From Pocillopora damicornis (taxonomy: Eukaryota), in assembly GCF_003704095.1 (NCBI RefSeq), contig NW_020846686.1:124001-188000 (forward strand): a stretch of DNA of 64,000 bases. The letters run 5' to 3'. The notes beneath the pieces were generated by a model, which searched no databases, was not told the origin of the DNA, and worked only from the letters and a program-made list of their open reading frames with translations. Below, in pieces: positions 36,576 to 46,800 of this stretch (position 1 is the first letter of the stretch; every line of letters begins with the position of its first letter). Both the position numbers and the translations under genes were made by a program.

Positions 36576-37883
36576 ATTAAATCCCTGGTGATAACCACAA
36601 CTGATGCTCTGACTACTGAAAAATTGAACTCGTTAACTATCAACTTTTTAATCATGCATACGATTCAGCGCATATCAAACGTTATGTATTCCTCTCACTA
36701 TGTATCATGGTTCGCTTGGAAAGCTTTGAACATGTGGAACCCGTATATCACGGAGAGAACAAGAAAAGTTAAATATGATCATTTTGATGTAACAAACGTT
36801 TTACTCTGAAGTAATGTATGTTCTCCCTGTGGATGTAACATGGCGGTCAAGTACCAGAAGTCAGTTTTATACTCCGAGTCGTTTTTCGTCGAATAAGGAC
36901 TTCTGCCTTAGGTGCGTGTAATAAAAAAGAAGTAGGAATCGTTGGGGGAAACTCGTAGATACCTTGCCCCTTTTTTTTTTATGAACGCAGCTGTGAATCA
37001 GAGCAAAATTAACCCTCGCTAACGGCCGTGAAAAACGTTTTTAGCTTGGACTAGGTGTTCTTGTACCCCTGGTACATCATTTTAACACAAAAATCAAAAC
37101 AAAAAAAGAGAAAAAAAACTAAAAGCGAAAAAAAAAGGGAACGATTTAAATTGAATCGTACTTGACTCGTAACTCAAACTTGACTCGGACTCGAACTTAA
37201 CTTGCGATATGGTGTAACTCGGACGATAATTAAGGCACTTCGTGACGATTTTCCTTCTGTTATACGCTTTCCTGAATTTTTTGGACGCTCTGTCACATGT
37301 ACTTTCCAGATATTTGCTCGAATTCTCCTTTTACTGTAATTCAAAATGTTATTTTGTCAAACGCAACGTAACTCTGATCAAAACACTACGAACGCAGTTC
37401 GGAACTTATCACGCCAAGACATTTTAATTTCATGCTTTGTGCTCATTACATGACAGGTAGATTGATTGTGTTGCGCGGAGAATTGTTTTGTGTTCTCCAA
37501 GCTTTTCTCATCGCGAATTTTCGTTCGGAAACGAAAATTCGAAGAATAATCGCTCTTTGCTCTAGCGACATGGCGCGAAGTGCAGGTGAGAATCTTCCCA
37601 CGAGCTTTCGCACGAAAGTCCGATGAAATTTCGGAAGAACAATGAACGCAATATCGGCGATTTTTGTTTGTATAACTTTTGCACAATTCTGTACCAACAC
37701 TCTCCGTCATTACTCCAACCGATAACGCCAAGTGGGACATACATGAATAGAAAAGTAAGTATGAACACAACCGCTGGTTTTGCGTCTGGCGTTGACCGTG
37801 AATCCGCCGAGGACAGTCACGAGACTGAAGTATCCGTTCGTGACCGCTCGTGGTAGACCTAGTAATCTGGTTCGACAGCTGGA

Positions 37884-40800
37884 ATGACAAAGAAGCCAGA
37901 GGTTGTGTTTTTTTATGGTCCTCCCTTTTCGGTGAGGTTTTTAACTGATTACATTTCTAGAATTTTACCATGACTCTAACGTGTTATTTTTTAACAGCCT
38001 GTTTAACTTAGTTTAGCTTGTGAACCCTGTTTTTTTGTTCTCAATCACCTTGAAATAATCAGCCCATGTAACTTATGAAGTAATATATCTTGTTCAAGTG
38101 GTACCGTGTGTTTTCCAAGATATAGAATTCAGTAGAGTCGGTACACTAGGCCCGCTTACTTGGTGTCGAGTCGTTCCGTCCCAGGCTGATGATGATATCT
38201 CTTGTCTCTGGTGAAAGATTGAAGGCTGGACGGGCCACCAGCCAGTGTTTGAGTGAGACCTCATATATGCATGAAAACCTATCCTAGGTGTGCAAATTTG
38301 TTAGCAGAGAGTGCAGGGGTAGGCATTCTGGAAAGGAGATTCTGATATTTCTCCCAGGCTGATAGACAATACATATTAAATTTGTTTTGATTTACTTTAA
38401 GGGAAAAGCTTTGTTTTTCAAACACCACTTCTCCCAGACTCACAAGAAAATTAACCCAGCTGAACTGTTTGGAGCTAATCCCTCTCTGAGCCACCGAGAA
38501 GTGATTCTGAAGGTTGTCAATACACTCAATGAGGTTTGTGTTGCAATACTAATAATTATTGGTGAAACTGTCTGAGTCATTGAATGCANNNNNNNNNNNN
38601 NNNNNNNNNNNNNNNNNNNNNNNNNNNNNNNNNNNNNNNNNNNNNNNNNNNNNNNNNNNNNNNNNNNNNNNNNNNNNNNNNNNNNNNNNNNNNNNNNNNN
38701 NNNNNNNNNNNNNNNNNNNNNNNNNNNNNNNNNNNNNNNNNNNNNNNNNNNNNNNNNNNNNNNNNNNNNNNNNNNNNNNNNNNNNNNNNNNNNNNNNNNN
38801 NNNNNNNNNNNNNNNNNNNNNNNNNNNNNNNNNNNNNNNNNNNNNNNNNNNNNNNNNNNNNNNNNNNNNNNNNNNNNNNNNNNNNNNNNNNNNNNNNNNN
38901 NNNNNNNNNNNNNNNNNAGTTATTATATGGCTGTATGGCTGTATGGGTGCAATCCCATCATAAACCATAGTTAAAGCTGACTTGTGTGTAGAACCAAATG
39001 GGTTGAGACAAGCTGGTTCAGAAAAAGCTGTCATGCCCTGAACTCACACGGATTTGTTACAAAAAATTCAAGGAAAAATTAAGAATCTTTGTTGTGGTTG
39101 TCTGTGTGTGCTCATCTATCACATGCTATTTAGGTTGAATACACTTTATATGATAAAATGCATATTGACTGAGTTAGTCTCAATCTAAGATAGTTGTCTG
39201 TGTGAAATTTCTGTTGGTTTCTCTTCTAAAAAAATTCAGGGCCATAGTGTAGTTGTGGATGATGAAAACAGCAGCAAAATAAAGAGAAAATCGTATATGG
39301 CCATTGTTAGGAAAAAGGTACAGCTATTTGGACTCCTAACTACAATAATTATAGCTAAGTATGTATCAATGTGTCTCTCATTTGGAAATACCTCTCAGTC
39401 CTTGCAGATCTATGTCAAGCTTTTCTTTGTTCAGTATTCAAGGTGGCTCAAAAGGGTTTAGTTATTTTTACATCCCAATAAATAATTATGAGGGCCTCAA
39501 TAGGACACATTTTATAGATAGATTTTGGCATTGTTGACATTCCAATATAAATTAAGGAGTATTGTCTTCATGCACAAGTGTCATGCAGGGTTAATTTAAG
39601 TAGAAAGAAGAGTTTTTTACTGGAAATAAACACAGACAAGTTTTTCAGAAAGCATGAAAGACCTCAAATTACTTTACACATGAGACATACACTCTCCCTA
39701 CAGTCCACCATGTCTTGACTGTCAAGTGTTTAGTTGTAGGTAATTTGGTATTATCAAATGAGTTGATAACATTAATTAACCTCTGTTAGGAGTTTCAAAG
39801 TTGACGTTTTGAGCATTAGCCCTTTGTCTTTTGCTCTGATAAACAGCTAATGCTTGAAATGTCAGCTTTGCAACTCTTGACAATGGCTAATTTACTTTAT
39901 CAACTCAGTTGATAATACCAGATTGCCTTGCTATACTTCTCCCATTGATGCAGTCTACACTTTCTTCAGAAACTTACCCCTTTTATTTGTGTAGCAATAT
40001 GGGATATGTTTTAAAGGTGATCTGCCTTGTGACTTGTTTCCAGTATACCTTTTTTTTTTCACCACCTTTGTGTAAGCAGCCAATTACCTATCTTTCCACC
40101 TTGGAAAATAACAATTGAAATTAAGTAATTACCCACTGTGTAACTACTCACTTAACAAGCTAATTACCTATCTAGTTACTGACCTACCCTCTCACCTGCC
40201 TACTTTATTCGTGACTTTTATTTTAATTCTCAGAATCCCTCTGGGTTTCTCTTAGGATAACTATGTTTTTAATTTTCAGGTTGGGCTGTGTAACTTCAGA
40301 GTGATTTATTTCCATATTGCACCTTCTTCTGGCCTTTTTATCTGTTATTGGGCCAGAGAGTGGGAACTGGCTTGTCAGTTTGAGCTTTCATTAATTAAAC
40401 TCTCTGATATGGAAGTTGAACAATGGTTTCAGAACAATACTGGTAAGAACAAGATTTACATTTATGGTAGTATTTAAGTCTACTTCCCTTCAGTTAATTA
40501 ATGGTGCAAACTACCTTAACTATTCAACTGCTAGAAAAACCTTTTTTTGTTGTCTGGGCCTCTGCATGAACAACCAACAATTTCTTAACCTTAGAAAATA
40601 AAATTACGAAATGAATATAATCCATCAAGAAACACACTGTCTTGTTCTAATTCAGAACCACCAAGTGAAGAAGAAGGGTTCAACAAAATAGACAAGGTTG
40701 ATGTTCAGTTGGTGTGTGACACACCCTATAAAGTATGTCTGACTGTGTAGATAAATATTAGTACTGTTCAGTTGTGCATTTTTTTGGAAGACTTTAAACC

Positions 40801-43800
40801 AATGGCATACAAGCACATTTGCCACAATAACTTCTTGACAGTGACCAGCTAATTGACCAAATTTTGACAAAATGGTGATAAATCACTCAGGTGGACACCC
40901 CTATACAGCTAATTTACTTATGGGGATACAATACAAAAAAGGGAATTTTCCAACTAGATACACTCACTTTTCATTACACATGCACTTACTTAACATTACA
41001 CGTGTAATTTTGTTCACATTTGATGTTGGTACATTTTCACAATTGCTTCACAAGTGGAAAAAAATAACACCTCTATCTCATTTTTCAAACCTTGCTATAA
41101 TGTGCAGCCACTTTTCTTGTACCCTGGATGGTGTTTGTGGAGAGGTTTACCTGTAATTTACCTTTATTTTGCCTACTGTGAAATGAATTAGTTAATGTTC
41201 ATGGACTGCTCTTTCCTGTTCTGTCTCTAAATTGACTTGGTAAAACATCTCCCTTATCTTTGTGCTTTCTACAGTTTGTGGTTCCAGCTCTATTTTTCCA
41301 ATGGGAGGGATTGTTTCAGTGTCAAGAAGAGCAAACAAACATTCACAAAGCAGTAATTAATGTTGTGAAAAAGTGGAGCCATAACAACCTGTGGGGAAGA
41401 GTTGTTTTACTCAAACTTAGTGAAAAGCAAAGTTGTGAAGGTGACAATATGTCCTAGATTTTTAACTGTTTGATAAAGCTCAATTTAGGCAACTAGTTGT
41501 TGACTTAACTTTTTCTTCTATTAAAAGGCACTTTAATTGATTAACTTTACTGCATACTTGTACTATTAAAATACGTTAAGAATTTAGCTGTGTATAATGG
41601 TATAAATTTATTTTTCTAAAGTGCACAATGATGAAAGTACCTCTAACTTTATATGAAAAACATACCTTCCTGCTATAAGTTTTAAATCATGCTAATTGTT
41701 CTTGTCCTTTTAGAAAGCCATCAACTTCTTTTTACAAGTGTATATAGCTAACTAGAGTTTCATTACTTGGTAAATCAAACTCTATGAAAAATATCTGCCA
41801 TTGAATTCCTGTGGGAACTTTTGGTATGAATCAGTCAGATTCACTTTGTAACAACATTTAACTTGAATCTCAAAAAGTGTCTGCTGAAGAGTTTTGTCCT
41901 TTTGTGAAATCAACAGGAGGGAAAACCTGTGAATGGCTAAAGAAAATGAAGCAGTTAACTTGTGAATTAGTGACTCAGGTATGTCTGACAAAATTTTGAA
42001 CTGGCAGAAAATTCTGGATTCTAAAACATTTAAATAATATTATAATGCATGGTGTGGTATATTAAGATGATTATTAACAATTACAAGGATTGAAGTATTT
42101 TATAAATATGTATTTCCTGGCATATTTTAGTCACTGTTAACCTAATTTGTGGTTATGTAGCAGCATGCCTCTATGTTTCTTTTACATTGTTTTCTGTTGA
42201 AGTTGTCACCTGAAAGGTTTTGAGTAGGTACTTGCATATTTGAATTGACACTTTCCTCATGGAAAAATTTCCTCAAATAATTGAAGATTAGATTTGACTT
42301 AACAACACAACTGAGGAAGCCTCTCAAAGTATCAGCAATGCACTGATAACATCCTTCCTCTGTGTTGCAGGTCAATATGCCAATCTTCTTGGTGCATTTG
42401 TGTTCATATTTGTGGGAGTTCAGCAGACCTCCCAACCCAGGTCTGTTTGCTTGGCTTCAGAGACTTCACAACATCGATTTGTCAAACAAGGTTCAGTTAT
42501 CTTGATCTGTTTTGTGTGATTCCAGATTTCAGTAAAGCTGCTAATTCTCATTATAATGGTGGGGGGTTGTGATATAAACAGTTTGAAAAGAAAAAAATCT
42601 AGAGGCAGCAGTTATTACAGTGTAGAAGCCTTGTGTTTGTCATCTCTTATTCCAATTTTAATTTCTTTGTCATTGTAAGGGTTGAAATATACATGGAAGA
42701 TGTAAGGTAACTCCTTCAGAGGACAGATGACTAGGATTGCGTGATTCTTGAGATATCAACGGTATCACTACTATTATATACTGATACACGTTAATGGGGC
42801 GTGATTTTTTTGTTTTTGTGTCATTCATGTAGGCAACATTCTTTATTCATTCAAGTGATGATCATTCAAAGGCTGCCACTGCAGCAGGAGTGAAGTGTAT
42901 CAAGGTGAAATACGCACGAGTAGTAATAACTATTATTCGCTTTTTTTTCCTCTTATAACCGCACTCTATGTTTCTCAAGACTAAAATTGCCGATTTTGTT
43001 CTGGGTTCACAGGCAAATAAACTTCTCCAAAATCCATCGATGGTAAGCCTAAAAACTGATCTGTAATTTACTCGCAAATTACAGATTTGGCCAGTACAGT
43101 ACCAGCGGGAAGAAAGATGCGACAAGAAAACTCAAACGCGTACTTATAGCATCGTGGTTTGTTTGTGACTCACCTCAGACGCCAGGCCATTCTGTGCAAG
43201 CAGTAGTTTCATTTTGCGCTGCATTGCCAGAAAAACAGGGAGCTGCGCTCAATCTTTAAGCTTTGAGGAAAGTAAAATTTCATTAACGAAATCGCAAGAG
43301 AGGCGTCGAAATAAAAAGAAGGCTTTATGTAGCAGTTTTCTTAGCATTTAGAGAGAAGAAAAAGTAGCTTAAATTCATAGAACACGCATATCGGAAAAAA
43401 AATAAGCCGTTCTCGTAATAATGGTCCAGTTCACGCCTTTGTACAGACATGTTCAGGACTGAACCCACAACATACGTGAGATTTTAAAATTACTGAAACC
43501 CTTAAATTTCGTTCACTCCTAGTCATACCTTCTTATTTTATACAACTTCTTATTAATATAACTAACGACTCGCTGAGTAAAAATAAAAATAAACTCCAAC
43601 TTAAATACACATGAACACTTATCATCAATCCATGTTTGATTTATTCGGTAGATAGATACAGTGCATTGTGGGGTAGCGGCACGGGTTCCTGAGTGCGTTA
43701 GTAAGGCGAAGCTGACATGGCTTGACTCCCAGGGTAGACCTGAAGCTCGTATTCCTCTTTTTCGTGAGGCTGTCTCCTCCCATGACCGTACCGGTGAAAA

Positions 43801-46800
43801 CAAAGTGTCTTCAAATTGTGTTACAGTCACAAATAAATCATATACTCATGGTATATGTTTTAAAGATTTTGCTTCTCTAGAAAGGTTTGTATGGTCACAT
43901 CTGTTTGTTAAATTTATGGCCCTTATGTCTAGCCGTTCATAACTTAAATGTGTGTCAGTTGTGTTTTTCAGTAGCGCGTAACGAGAGATAGTGTCTTAAT
44001 GCACCAATACCATTTACTTCACCCACGAAAAAAGAAAAAGGACAATCAAATGTTGGGATGAAATAACAGAGCATGTCACTCATTCTGTAACAATATTTCT
44101 TCCTTAACAGATTCAACTTGCAGTACAAACAAGCTGCAATACCGACAGAGTCTGTGTCTGGTGATTTATTTAACTATGAAGGGTGTCCTGTTGAACTGAG
44201 TGCACGTAGGACAGAAAAACAATCAAGTGACGACAATACTATGTGTTTCTCTGGTACACCTGGAACACCTGTTGTTCCGCTCCATAAATCTCCAGTGCGC
44301 AGTAAAATCGATGAAAGGAAACGTAAGTTGAGACAGTTGTATGAATTATTCTCACTAACTTCCGCCAACTATTTCCAGTCGGACAGTCTTTTTCTTCTCC
44401 ATTGTTTTTAGACCCGCGGGAGGTAACTTCTTTCTTTTACTCTTTTGAATACCTGCACAGGTGATAGGGTTGTAGAAACATGGCCTTTGTCTACTCATTT
44501 TACTAGAAAAGTCACACTGCTATAGCACAAAAGAAGATAGTTTTGTTTTCGGCATGTTATTTACACTGGTATACTTTGTCTTAGCTCCTGAGACCATATG
44601 CCCGACTTTTGTGGTCAAAAGCTTAACTACTGAGAAGATTGAGAGTCATGCCTTCAGTCTGGGCCATTTCAGACGAGGCGAAGGTTGCACAAGACTAATC
44701 CGAAATGTTAGGAGTAAAACAGTTGAAGATGGTGTGCTTTTTAGTGCGAAGTGTAAGTACATGTAATGTGCCCTTCGGTTTCATAGCTTTCTAAAATTGA
44801 CGTTTAGAAAGAAGTAATCAAATTTTGGCTGATAACAGACCCCACACATAGCGGCCCGCCGAAAGTCCTAAGCTCAAGTCAAGTGATACCTCTTTCAATC
44901 GAAAAACCATACGACAAGTAGAGAAAGAACTTGCGGCTTGTTTTTTTGGAGAACGTGAGACAAAGGAAGAGCTTGAGTCTCCACACAGAGTTCTCGACGA
45001 TGAGGCAGGTTTATGTTGAGTTCACATGTGACAATTTTTCCACATGCAGCTAGAATCAGCGATGTCCAAAGCTCTATGAGCTTCAAAGGTCAATGACGAG
45101 CATCGGAGCGCGAAATATGCGGGTCTGCAACTCGATTCCTCGTGAGGAATCTCTATTTTGACGTTAGTTCCTCGCTCTTCACCAAACGAATTACACTTTT
45201 CCGTAACCAACCACCGCTCTTTTAATCCCGGCTTTTTATTCAATTTCCGTACATGTCACTTCGCAGTAATATATTTGCATATTTATACCGGACATTTATC
45301 GCCGATAAATGAGTGAGAAATGTCACCGAGTTAGTGAGAACGTTTTTGTTTTAAAAAAATAACCTCGACGGAACCAGCTGTGCCGCATGTGTATCTTTGT
45401 GCCTATTGTCGCTAATATCTCAAAACATCACCAAACTAGGTATTTTCTCGGTAAAAAATGAATAATCACTTTGCAGTGTACCGTTCAAGTATCGATCGAG
45501 CATGTCAATGTCGATTTCCGGTCGAAAGCTTAGCCTTCCCGGAAAAACTTTTTAGTCCGTGGTGGTTATACCGTATTCAGTGGTTTAATTCCACTACGCT
45601 TAAAAAAGCCCGGATGTTTTCAGGAACCGACCGACTGATTGACTGAAAGTGCTCCTCACCTAACTGCTTAAACTCGTTTGAATTTCTTGAAAATGGAACG
45701 AACCAGCGCCGGAGGTGCTAAATAAAGGATACAGGGTATACGTTTCCAGAGAGTAAAGTCTGTGTAATGATTGTTTTTTTCTGTATTTCAGGTATTGGGT
45801 CACAGGACCAGCTTTATGATGTGTCTGTCGTTCTTAATGAGAAAGGTAGACAAATAGAGCTGAACTGCATGGTACTTGATATCTCTGTTTGTCCAAAAGC
45901 AATGTAACAATTCGAACGATGTGCTTAAAACTGGGCTATACGGTAACCTATCAGAGAATAGTATATTTTGAATGGACCTCATTTTTTCATGAGCGTCTGA
46001 AAACCTTGGGTCAAAGAAAGGCCAATAGTGTCGCGCAAGTCGAATAATTTACATCTTTGCTCAAAGGATTTTCCTATTTAATAAATAAAGAAGGTTTGAC
46101 TTTACTGTGCTTTTTTTGTATAGCATGTCGAAGCATGTAGTAAGTTGCAGAGGACGAAAAAGTGTAAAAGCAGTCGAGTGCTTATCCCTTCTGATCACAT
46201 GTAGGGAGGGTTCACCTTTCGTCCTATCTTTTGTCTGACAGGTGTTGTGCGAGCTAGTTGTACTTGTGCTGATCCGGCCAGTAAGCAAGGGAGATGTAAA
46301 CATGGAGTCGCTTTATTACTTCGGTGCAAGAAAGAGAAAAACGTAAGTAATTGTTAGACTTTGTGGACTTTAATGGTCCCTGTCTTTTTGACATCTGAAA
46401 TTTTCCAAATAGTTTCTGTGAACGACAACTCCTAAGAACTGAAGGCGAAAAAAAATAGTAAGTAAATGAAAATTTACAATGCAGATTAATGCCATACCAC
46501 CAAACAATGTAGAAAACGTGACGACGAGATCGGCCAAAGTAATTACTTTTCAATATTTGGAGGCCAATTTAAAGTAAAACGACTCGAAAAGAAAAAAATC
46601 ACTGCCTGTCCCTCTCAGATGGGACATGTTTCCTATGGCTACCTTATTTCACATACAGCCTTCATGAAAGTACAGGTAAATGCTTTCAGCCCTTATCTAT
46701 CTCCAATATCTATTTTTAATACAGTCCGCGTCAAGTGCTGAAGATCGAGTAAAGAAGACTAAACCTGAACATTCATCCTCAACTAAACACTGCAAAAGGT

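Larger units (their letters stand above)
33895..37214 (+). mobile_element. Decayed TIR DNA transposon with a RAG1/Transib/Chapaev-type transposase and a convergent second gene
   Basis: Inverted termini at 33895-33987 and 37143-37214 are built from CAAGTTCGAGT-like repeats (outer 18/25 and inner 20/22 identity by eye). Flanks read GTTA|...|TAAC, a possible TA duplication. Contains two inward-facing decayed ORFs. Confidence 0.75.

Noticed and set aside
37215-37890. Overlapping ORFs (e.g. 170 aa at 37378-37890)
   Set aside because: Non-protein-like composition in several frames; probably a repeat plus the promoter of the gene starting at 37884.
38549-39034. ORFs containing long X runs
   Set aside because: Artefacts of the N gap.
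41713-41769. Extra exon in the PNKP-like gene
   Set aside because: It contains an in-frame TAA and breaks phase; skipping it keeps the frame open.
42693-42706. Separate start exon (MEDVR) for a stand-alone SWIM gene
   Set aside because: It is phase-compatible with 44111, but the upstream kinase/HAD exons splice in frame through 43652-43884 and explain the region better. It could still be a minor isoform.
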